A stretch of DNA of 64,000 bases, taken from contig OZ038378.1 of assembly GCA_964036045.1 (NCBI GenBank), positions 129,146,001 to 129,210,000 of the forward strand. The letters are read 5' to 3'. The notes beneath the pieces were generated by a model. It was not told the origin of the DNA and did not search any database. It worked only from the letters and a program-made list of their open reading frames with translations. Positions 46,101 through 56,750 of the stretch are shown here, piece by piece. Source of the stretch: Eutreptiella sp. 'Long Island Sound 2002'. Lineage: Eukaryota > Protista > Euglenida. The position numbers and the translations under genes were made by a program. The stretch's first letter is position 1. Each line of letters opens with the position of its first letter.

Positions 46101-48820
46101 GTCTGGGATTTGCGCTGCCTGTGCACGGCAGTGTGTCGCCGTTGCACTGCCGGTGATCAGCCGCGGTGGGCAGGGCACGCGTGTGCCGCGTCTGGAGGGG
46201 CGGGGCAGTCCTGATGGTGTCGCCCCGCGTGTTCATGGGGGTGTGTTCCCCGTTTCGGCTCGCGGTGGTTCAAGGACATGGGGGGTTTCCCAGGCGCCGT
46301 ACGAGGGCGCTGCGAAGGGCACTTAGGATCTCGTGCACAAGGGCCGCGTGTGCCGCCTGGGCTTTGGTCTCAGCGCGGATGGCGGGCTGCAGTTGCCCGC
46401 CCATCGCCAGCGCCCAGATCTGGTGGATCGCGAAGACGGGGCACAGGTTGGTTGCTGTGGTGGTCCCGGCCGTTCGCTCGCGCTGGGAGATGGCCTCCAG
46501 CTGCTGCCGGCGTCCAGGTTCAACCTCCATGTCGCAGTCCAGTCCCTGGTGTGCGATCAGTGGCGCCGCGCCCACCGACAGAGGCAGTAGAGGGCATGGC
46601 CTGGGTGCCAGGTGCCGGCTGTCCCCAACACAATGGCCGTTAGGGGGTCCGGGGCTGGGTCGTTGGGCAGGGGATTGGGGCTGTCCCGCAGGGCTGCGTT
46701 TGCCGGGAGCATGGAGTCGACGGCTTCCGGGCTCCAGTGGCGCTCCTGCGGGTGCGCGATGATCCGCACATGGTAGTAGTGGCCACTTTCCAACACGATC
46801 ATGGCGATGGTGCTGGGGTCACTTTCGCGTGGTTGGGGCGCTGCGCGTGCCGTCTCCGGGTACTGTTCAACCATGCTCTTGAGGTTGCGCCCCCTATAGC
46901 GGGCTGTCCTGCTTTTCTCATTCGGCCAGGTCTTTGTACGGTGGGATGTTGAGGGTTTCGGCTCTCGGTGGCGGGGCGGCCCGTTCCCGGCCCCCGGTGC
47001 TGAGCGCGGGCCTGGGGTCCATCTGTTGCGCTATGAGCGTTTGTGCCCAGCCCAAGTGTGGGACCCATATGCCTCCCTGGCCCGGCTGCTGGGTATTGAA
47101 CCACCAGATCCACGCGTCAACCAGGTTGTCCGTGATCTGTGTCCCGGGGGTGACGAGCGCCTGGAGCTGCCGCAGAAAGATGTCGGTCGTTGCGGCGTGC
47201 GGCGGGGGGACCACAGCAAAGAGCCTCTTCGGGTTACCGTCCTGGAAGTGTTCCCGGAGGGCTGCCACGAGCCCGCTCGAGGATGCGCTGGCGTGGATGC
47301 CGTAGAGCGCCCTCAGTTCCGCGTCGTCAAAGGGGTCCGTGTTCCTCCTTTGCGGTGGTCTGGGGGATGGGGGGGGCATGGTCTCCCAGTCCTGGTCCGG
47401 TGTGGCGCCAGTCGGGGAGGGGTGCCCCTGGGTGGTGCCAGGGTCTCCCCCAGGCACGTCCCTTGTGGAGGGCTCCCGGTGCTGGGGCATCCAATAGGCC
47501 GCGGCGCTGGGCAGTGAGTCACTGGACTCCTGAGGGCCAGAGGTGTCTGTCATTTCTTCGTCCGCTCCTGGGCCGCTCGCGTCGTGCTACCGTTGTCGCG
47601 GTGCGTCCTCCGCGCCCCGGTTGTTTGGCTGTGTTGCAGCTGGGGTGAGGAACCCCGTGGTGTACAGGCCCAGCTGGTCGGATGGCCGGTGCCCGTGTCC
47701 GCGACCGGTGTCACTGCGCCCCGCTCGCGGGCCGGGGCGTTGGGGGGGTTGTCCCCCCGACCCTTGTGCAGGCCGTTGGTCGGCCGCGGGTCCTCTTGGC
47801 CGTGTGTCCGGGGCGTGCTGTCCCCCCGGCAGCGGGCCGGCCGCCGAACCTGGCAGGGAGGCGGGGGACGAGCTGGACGTTCCGTCTGCTGCCCGGTGGG
47901 GGTCCGTTTTAAGCGTTGCCTGTCGCTCTCGCTTGGCTGGTGTGGGAATGGTGGGGATATGCGCCCGTTTGGTGCTGGGCCTCTTGAACCGGCGTCCGGG
48001 ATCGGTGGCAGATGATGTCTGCTGGGCGTTGAGGTCCTTTGGACCTCCATGGCCTCTGTCCATATCCTCGTGGAAGACGACTCGGCGTGCTGCGGGAGGC
48101 GGCGTGCGGCTGCGGCGCCGGGAGCGGCCAGGGTTCCTTGTCTCCTGGAGCCGCTCCGGCATGCCGCCTTGCACCCCTGAGGTGTGAGAACTGCCTTAGT
48201 CCCTCCGACGGGGCGAACGGTCGGAGGGGGCTTCTGTACGTGCCAAAGAAGGAACCCACTCCGGGTGTGGCCCCTGGTGGCGTCCCGGAGATTTACGGCG
48301 TGCCCCCTGCCTGGGGAGCTCCGAACCTCTTCGGACCGTGATCGCCCGTGGCCTGAGGCGTGCTGCTGATAGTCCCGGGATCCAGGGATGTCCCAGATGT
48401 TGTGCCCTTGCATGGCTGCACGCATGCGCAGGGCTGCGCGTTGGTGCGGCTGCCTGTGTAGCCTGTTCATTTTGTCCGGGCTGTAGGCCCCCATATGCGC
48501 CATAAGCCGGGTGGCCACATAGTGCCACTGGCTGGGGTGGTCCATGGTGACTGGGGGCGTGTGTCCCGCCTGATGGCCGAAGGTGATGTCTGTCATGGTG
48601 CGGTCTCCCTCCTCGAGGTGGCAGGACCGCGAAGTAAGCAACCATCGGATGCTGACCGCCAGGGCAAGCTGCTCCCCTGAGGTGAGCCTGATGATCCAGA
48701 GGCCCAGGTGCCTGTTCAGCGTTCGCTGGGGTGGCGGGTGTCACCTTCCGAGCGCGCGTAGTCCAGATGCCCCCGCCCCCAGGTCAGGGTGGTCCCCGGT
48801 GGCTGGCCGGTAGGAGTGAA
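43180..48820 (-). mobile_element. 5.6-kb non-LTR-type insertion with (TACC)n tail, 5'-truncated; no RT recognised in the part present
   Basis: ggtaggtaggtaggt at 43179-43193. TSD CAAGTGG(G/A)TGAAG at 43167-43179 and 48821-48833; empty site caagtggatgatgtgaacac in H copy 2 (~58484-58503). The 3' end resembles 14125-14280. Confidence 0.88.
46270..47553 (-). pseudogene. Ulp1/C48-like cysteine protease remnant across three frameshifted ORFs
   Basis: LVTPGTQITDNLVDAWIWWFN...IWVPHLGWAQTL; IAMIVLESGHYYHVRII (H 46779-46781); EAVDSML (D 46716-46718); RQQLE...NLCPVFAIHQIWALAMG (C 46441-46443). The H-D-C order is as in C48 proteases. Confidence 0.5.
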
Positions 48821-50835
48821 CAAGTGGATGAAGTGAACACACACAATTTGAGATCTCCAAAATTTTTAAACGATGCAATGCTGTGGCAACCCCACAGTGA
48901 GTTATAACCAATGAAAGCATGCACTCAGAGCAGAAAGCATTTCCTTCCATTAAAATCACCACTTGGGTTGAAACTCCACATGTACATGAAGATATCAGTT
49001 CGAAGGGTCAACCCGTAACTGAGTAAATTTTGGCATTGTTCACATGACCAAAGTTACTACAAGCAAACATTGCCCAAAGTGGCACAGAGAAAATTGGTCA
49101 GAGCGTACAGAAACATGTACATGAAGATATCGGTTCGAAAAGTCAACCCGTAACTGAGTAAATTTCGGCGATTTTCACATGACAAAATTTACTACAAGGA
49201 GAAATTGCCCAAAATGGCACAGAGAAAATTGGTCAGAGTGTACAGACAAAAACTGACAACAACCTGTGGTGGCCATATATGAATAGTAGGGACCATGGAG
49301 GCCAGAAATGATCGAGAGTTCGACCAGAGACTCAATTGTTGTGGATCTCCATGGTCACCACACGTGAACAAAGGAAAAATATAAAAACTCAAGACACAGT
49401 CACCAAAGTACATGTGTGGCCCTATGTACAATGACCCACGAGTGAACAAGGTGCATTATCAAAAGTGGACACATTCGACAAAACTAACAAACAAGGATTC
49501 AGACTCGAACTCGACGCGACCTTGTTTGTACTCGACAAAACCGAACAAAATGAGCTCCCACTTATTTTTCGCCGCCACTATATCTTGGAGATATAGTGGC
49601 AAACTTGGAGAACTTGAAAACAAAGGGCTAAAAAACGTCGACAACAAGATTGACACGAGGAATCACCAGACCTCAAATGTACTCAAACCAAGGTGATTCT
49701 GGGGCTGGAGACCTGTTGTTATGACGCCAAAATGAAACTTCGGCCAAACTCAACAATGACGTGACGGACTGACTCGGGAAAGTGTCATCATTGACGACAA
49801 AAAAAGGCACTATTCATGCATGAAGGTGGGTCACATAATGGAGTGTGGTGACCCACCATGACCATATGTTGACATTGCAAAGGGGAGGGAAGGCATACAA
49901 AAATGATTACCAATGTTGAGTTCACCCTGACAACAATGAAATCGACCTGCCCTTGGAACTTATCATGGTCTCCAAACCGCAACCAAAACTCAATTCGATC
50001 CTAATTTTTTAGTCATATCTCCAAAGTGGCTTGCAACTCACGGAAAGGAATGACATACTATTGCCGGGGAGAGTTATGCGGTTCGAACGCATCCCTGTCC
50101 AAGAGAATTAGATGCGAAATTTTAATTTACGGATAGGCTGAAGTGACTACATGAAATGCGTAAGATATGCAATCCATGCCTAATCTAACAAGGAGGGGTA
50201 AAAGAAAAAGGCAACGTAAGGTGCCGGCAATGATGCCTGAGGTATCCCTATACTTTAAATGCCTTAGCATCATGACGTTGGGGGGTTTTTGAAAATAGTG
50301 GCACTGGAGCCTGAACTTTCAATTCCCGATCATAAACTGAGTATTGCTTATGACAACCATGCATTCAGACATATTTCGGGTCAACAGGATGGACTTTTCG
50401 TAAAGGCCAGTTCATGGTCTTGCGATTTAGGTCGCCAGATCCCAACTGGCAGTCCGCCCGCGAATTGGCGCGACGCCGGTCAACAACCAGGCCGCAGCCG
50501 ATATCTAACTTCTGTACCTATGCGAATTCAAGAAGCATTCGCATAGCTGTCAACAGGGCAATCAATTTGCTATCAACTGATACAAAAGCGGCAGAAAAAC
50601 ACGCCGTGTTCCCTGATATCCCTTCTGCAGGTTCAAGCCAAATGTACCATGAAAGGAAAGGTCAAGGGGGTATGAAGGCTAATGATATCCCCTATCACAT
50701 CCCATGGTGTGGGCCTATAATAGCCTACACAAAGAGATGACAGGGGTCAGCAAAAAGAGCAGTATGTGACCCCATAACCGGGGATCAGGCCCCCAAGGGG
50801 GGGGGCAGGGGGCGTAGGGCATGACGGAAAGCAAA
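48821..50835 (-). repeat. Repeat H copy 1, right piece; contains a 135-bp tandem duplication (48978-49247) absent from copy 2
   Basis: Colinear with ~58484-60505; acatgtacatgaagatatc recurs at 48978 and 49113. Confidence 0.85.
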
Positions 50836-50848
50836 CCCTCCCCTCCCT
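50836..50848 (-). promoter_or_regulatory. Candidate polypurine tract of the H element
   Basis: Minus strand AGGGAGGGGAGGG abuts the end of H copy 1 on its internal side only. Confidence 0.55.
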
Positions 50849-53800
50849 AGCTCACCGACACCAGGAAAACACCAGGATGAGATGGGTGGGTCTAAAACTT
50901 ACCCTACGGCTGAAACTGTCTTACACTCCCCTCCCCAGCCCAGCAATCGTGCTTGCGAAAACTGAGACAGAAAAGCGATTATAGCCGTGTGGTCTCCCTC
51001 TGTCCATAACTGCTTCTGTTGGGCTGAACTATCAGGTTAGCATATTAACGTACTGCAGTTCTACTCATTCAAATGAAAAAGCAGCAAAACAGAAAGTCAA
51101 TCAGTTAAAACTCAAGGTATACTGTGACAGGAGGAAATGGTTCAGGCATGCCATCATTTTCCTCCGTCCAGTACCTATTAGGATTGAAGACTGAATGTTC
51201 CATCAAGACAATGGCTGCTCATTTCCATGAGGGAAGGGCCCACGTCCGAACAGTCGGTGACAACATGGAGACAGATGACAGTCCATTCAATGGGCTGGGA
51301 TCCATACCTTCAGTGGGTGTTAGAACACATCGACCCGAGCATTGCAGAGAAGAACAATGTACACATTGCTACTGATCATCCAGGATCAGTCAGAATTCAG
51401 GATGGAGGTACTGCAGAGACCATGAAAGCGCCTACAGTGCCTGGATTCAGCCAGACTACTTGCAGCATACATATTTCAGTCAGAATACTCAGCATACCTT
51501 ACTTAAGCTTCACTCAGGGACGCAAAGAGTTCCTGTACTCGTACCACAAGCAGTGCTGTTTACAGCCACAGCCTCCACAACAGCTTACATTAGGGGCAAG
51601 CTTTGAGGTGCCTCCTTAGCCCAGGCGGCTCTGTGGACTATCTCAGGAGGTGGCTGCAACATTTTCTGCACCTCAGACTGATCCAGTGTTAAACCCCTGC
51701 AGCTGCCAGGTTTCTGGCCGAAACCTGGGGTCACATGGCCATTTCCCCTCGTGACCCTATCCCAGGTTACCAGTTTGAGTCAAAGACATTATACTGCTGC
51801 AGTGCAGAACAGACTCTTCAGGGCCTCTGGGTGTTGGGGCTGCACTAGAAGGCGAGAAATGTCCCGCTAACAGCCCATGTGTTGGGGTTGTCCCCAGCCC
51901 CAGTGGCTGGAGCCTACGCACTGTACTGGGGTCTCAACTCCACTCGGACACTAAATGTGCTGCCTCAGTACACGTATATGGTGGGTACTCCGCATATGGG
52001 GGCCCGCACTTGACTGCACTACCCAGCGGGTCCCGCTGTTTGCAGTCTAACAACGTGTTTCTTCTTTGATTGGCCCTTTTAGTTGTCTTTGGGTGTTGGC
52101 GACCCCAAACAAGGGGACTGCTGCAGTTTAGGAGCCACCTTCAGGCACGCATAGGCTCGACACTACCCTGTGCTGCTACCAGTCTGGGGTCTATCCGCCA
52201 AAGCTGGTGGCCTGGGCGTGTTAGCTCCATACGGACAGCAATTATGACTGTATATGTATCAGTGGGACATGGGTTGAGTGCACATCTCCTGTGCTAGAGG
52301 AAGAGAGATTAGTGTAGGTGTATGGACCCAGGAAAGGGAGGTCCTAACGACTCAAGGCCGACCCTGATGGTCTGATGGACTACTTTGGCTTAACGGCTCC
52401 CCTTGGATCTTGAAATACATCCTGATGAATGTATTTACTGTGGGTGTACCTCTGCCTGCAGGACAGGGGGGTACCGAAGATATGACATACGTATGCACAC
52501 AGAGAAGAAAAGAAAAGACCCACACGTTCCCCAGAGCTCCAGAGACTTGCAACTGAGGGGTCTGGTTTGGTACTGTGGTTAGACAGTGTCCACAGTGAGA
52601 TGGCAGGACACTTCAGATCACAGTCAACACATCACTACTACACCCCAAAGCAGGACACACCTGGCTCAGGCAGGCAGGTAGGCATCAGCCGTCCACATAC
52701 GGCGTACACCTGGGGGCGCTACAGGAAGACTACCCCAGACCGGGGATTCCCCTAAGGCTGACTTGGGGTTCCCATCGGGTGCAGGTCCTCCAGACCCTCG
52801 CAGGGTAACCACAAGGCTGTGGTGGCACTCTTTGATGATGAGTGAGTGCATCCATAAGGTAGATTGTCCGTCTACCCGGGTAGAGACCTTGCTGGATCTG
52901 GTGGGCCCCCACTGGAGGACATTGTTCACCCCCTGCTGCCAAGAACACTACTCTGAAGCACTCCACTCACCAACTCACACATTCCGCAGTGTCCCAGCGG
53001 ACTAATGAGGCCGTTGGCCGCGGTCTCTTAAGAGGCCCCGGTTGGGGCTAAGGTGAGCGGCAGGACATCGTCTTGAGGGTCCCTAAGGTCCATGACACTG
53101 AAGTTCATGGCACCACGCTCATGCCCACCTTGGTCCCGTTGGCATCCAACCAGGCCCATGAACTCGTCGGGCCGAGTGAACCCTACGGAACCTTCATCAC
53201 TCGAGCAAGACTTGGAATCCTGCTCATGGACAGCCAATCCTGGCAAAGGCGGTGATCATCTTGGTCAAGTCCCCAGAGACTTGCAACTGGGCGGCAACAC
53301 CTTGATTGGACGGCTCTGGCAGGGTATCAGGTGAAGAAAATAGAGTGGGAAAAAAAAAAGGGGGATGTCGTCGACTATTGCCTCCTCGGTCCGGTGACAG
53401 TCCGTCACAGCTGCCAGAACCCGTACGCTGCAGCTAAAGGGCTCACTGGTCGTTGGCACTTCAGGCTCCTCTAGCTGTGCAGACTGGGTTTCTTCACCTG
53501 ACAGCACAATCCAGCTAAGAGGGACGTCATAATGCATAGGGCGTCCACGAGCTGTGGGTTGCCCTTTGCTGGCATCGAAGCAGGGGGAGTATCTTATTCA
53601 ATCCACCCGCTGGTACTCTGTCAAATCACAGCCTGGGTGGCTATACTCCCAGACAGGGCGAGCAGGACTGATATGCTGTTAGCATAGCCACATTCATCGG
53701 GTGGGGACTCTGGGTTACTGCTCTCAGGGGTAGTCCCAGTCAGTCTTTGGACCTCATTCAGTCCTTCGCTCAAGCCCTGTTCAGGTGGGAATCCTGCTCG

Positions 53801-53940
53801 ACTCAATGGGAGCAAACTGCTCAGCATTTCAGGACAGTTGGGCGTGGCATCAGGACCACCTTCATAGTGGGTCCCTGCCGGTAGTTGGGAAACCTGTAGA
53901 GGTTTCTCCATTACGTCCTGGTCTGCTGATTGTGTGTTCA

Positions 53941-54010
53941 CAGTGTATATATAGTATATATATAGTACAGTATATATATATACAGTACACAGTATATATA
54001 TAGTATATAT
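53941..54010. repeat. TA-rich microsatellite with interspersed AGT/CAG
   Basis: cagtgtatatatagtatatatatagtacagtatatatatatacagtacacagtatatatatagtatatat. Confidence 0.85.
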
Positions 54011-55627
54011 GGATTGACGTCCAACCGTCGGGGTAGCCACCAGCTTTCGCTGGGCATCCCTGACTCAGAACAAAGAAAGAGCAAAACAAAATACGTCTTG
54101 TGTGGGTTGGCAATGTCGGGGGTCTCAACAGAGCACCCCTTGCCTTCTCATCCATGTCATCTTGTGCCCAATCAGTAAGTCCTTGGCACTCAGTCCATGG
54201 CACCCTGGGAATATAGTACCAGATCAGCAGCGTCCAAGCATAGGGTCCATGATCCCAGACCGCAGACCCAGCCATACCTCAGGGTAACGTCCCTCCGGTG
54301 TCCCAACACCACCTACCCTATAGAGGGTTTGCACGCCGCAGGGTCCAACCTGCTGACGCCGCCTTCATGCAGGGTATATCCCGTCGTACCCACCTGTATT
54401 CCTCTGGCGCGACTCGTAGGTCACTGTCTGCTACTGTCCTTGCGAGCGGGTCCAAAAATGGCATAAAGAACACCTGAAAAACTGGTCCCCTTGCTTGGCA
54501 CGCCATGCTCTGCCTTCCTCAGGGTCAATCACCCACTGTCCTTCAGGATTTTGGCGGGGCTGCCCTGGTCAAGGCTTTCCCGCTCCATTTGTGATCACTC
54601 ACCCCTTGAGGTTACCAGGAGCCAGCCAGTCATCTGCATACTTACACCTCCCGATCCCCTCACCAAGGCTTGTAGCGCTTCGCGCAACTCCCACCCCTCC
54701 TTGGCACTGTGCCTTGCCGTGGTGCTCATGGTTTACCTGGTCCCTTCGTTTCTGGCTGCCCCACGTGCGCAGATATGCGCTGCGGTTGCCCTTGGCCCAC
54801 TACTCCCATCATCGGCCACATCCTGTGCAGCCTCAGGGCTGGGAAGTGCCATGTGGATACCGGCACAGCACCCGGATCAGTGTGATGGTACTGTCCCACT
54901 GATGATAGGACGGGGGCTCCCTTACACTCTGTGACCTGGCACTCCCATGGCACCATAGCTGGCACATGCACTGGAGGGGGTGGGTCGTCCTGCTCAGCCC
55001 CTCACTGTTGGAGGCCCATGGCACTCAGTCCATGGTACCAATCAGGCATTGAAAAATGAGGTACAGGTCCCATACCAAACCTGGGTGTTCGCTTGCGGTA
55101 CTTAGCCTTCAAGGAGGGGCAGGTTCTGATGATGAAACTGGTAGCCTATCAGGAAGATGAACTGCCCTGGTCGCGGTCAACCCCTAAAGGGCATTTGTAT
55201 CCACCCACGGACTGAGAAAGGAAGTGAAAGAAACTGGACACAGGCCGATTGTAACGGCTCAGGCCCCACATCAGCACAGCTGCAGATTTTCTTGGGCCCT
55301 GTCCTTCATTGGCTGACATACCCCTATAGACACTCAGAATCGGCCATTGCACTGATTCCTATGTACAACAGTGGCATAGACCGGTTGCGACGGCTCAAGC
55401 CTAACATGGATTAATCCTGCTGACAAACACAAAAAATAACACCCTGCAGATCTGCTGGCTTCTGCTCCCGTCTGGTGGATCCCCGTTACCCACAGGGACC
55501 CCTATAAACATACCAGAGGCCAGACCTGCATATAACTTAATGCTTGTCTTGGCAGGGTAGTGCAACTCCCCGTAGGTCATCCGATTGCACGTGAGTGCAA
55601 CCGCAAGCACTTCCCCCGCATGGCGGA

Positions 55628-56656
55628 TCACAAGGGCTTCAGATCAGGTCGTAGCACTCGGAAGCGAATGAACCCCCAAAATTGTTGGAGGCGATGGAGC
55701 GCGCGTGGTGGCGTGGGCTGTGGAGTCTTCACATGGCTGGGGTTGATCGCCAGCATGTCCTGCACGGTCTGCGGGGCCTCTTCAGGGTAGGGGCAGCTTG
55801 CCACAGTGCCCTGCTCGTTCGTGGTCACCTCCCCGGCCTGCTCAGCCCCTGAGGGGGCGCAGTGGGCATCCTTCTCGGCCTCTTTGACCCCTGACCGGAC
55901 AGCCCTGAAGTCCAAGGGGGCCTCCACGGGGCGCTCGTGTTCTGCTGCGCTGGTCAACTCCATGACATCCAGTCGGGCGGGTGAATGCGGTTGTTTTGCC
56001 CCCATCTGAGCCCTGGCGGCGCACAGGGGGTCATTCGGGACTTCGGGGGCGTCGCTTAGAACTGTGGAGTCATCAGGGGCCGGCGACGGGGCCCTTGGGG
56101 CTCATTCAGGTACCGCTTGTTGTTGTTGACTCTTCACTTGTCGGCCCGCTCAGCATCCTCTTTGGCGGCGGCGCCCTTGGGTTATCGTCACCCTGGTGGG
56201 GACACGCGGTTCCCATGATCTCTTTGATGAACTGGAAGGCGCAGGCCATTGTTGAGTTGGCGGCGACCATTGGGGCTGCCCCTCAACTGATCCGTGCCTC
56301 CAAGGCTGCGAGGGGGCGGCCACTGCGATAGGGGCCTCCCCTTGGGGGGATTGAGGCGCCAGGCTCAGGGGCTGGTCCTGAGCTTGGGCTGCCGGGTTCG
56401 GTGGACTCGAGGAGGTCGGTAGGGCGGCGCTGAAAGCCGCCTCCATCACTTAAATCCTCTTCTCAATGGACTTCAAGCGCTCCACAATGGCCAGGGCTTG
56501 CCTGCATACCCGCAGGGCAGGACCGGAGTCAATGACGAAGTCCTCCGAGATAGAGAGGCGCGCCATGCCGCATTGGATGGTGAGGCGCTCTCTCCCGGAC
56601 TCTTCCAACTCCATGAGGGTCTTGGTGAGGGCATTCATGGTGACTTTGAAGTCCAT
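55628..56656 (-). pseudogene. Decayed ORF of unknown function (helical N-terminus then Pro/Ser/Gln-rich); possible gag/ORF1 of the H element
   Basis: ORFs 56450-56656 and 56150-56449 are in one frame separated by a single stop; begins ~100 bp inside the H copy 2 boundary; no recognisable domain. Confidence 0.35.
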
Positions 56657-56750
56657 CTCTGAGGGATTGACACTTTCCGAGGATAAGAGGCTTGATTTGC
56701 GCCTTACCGATGGCGCTCAGGATGTGGGGCTGGTCGATGCTTCAATCCGC

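Noticed and set aside
54629-55040. Minus-strand YADD (54629-54640) in frame with MD*VPW 128 codons upstream, hinting at a non-LTR RT
   Set aside because: The intervening sequence lacks a properly spaced QG..LSP motif and the typical hydrophobic pattern, and contains several stops. It would need an HMM hit to be accepted.
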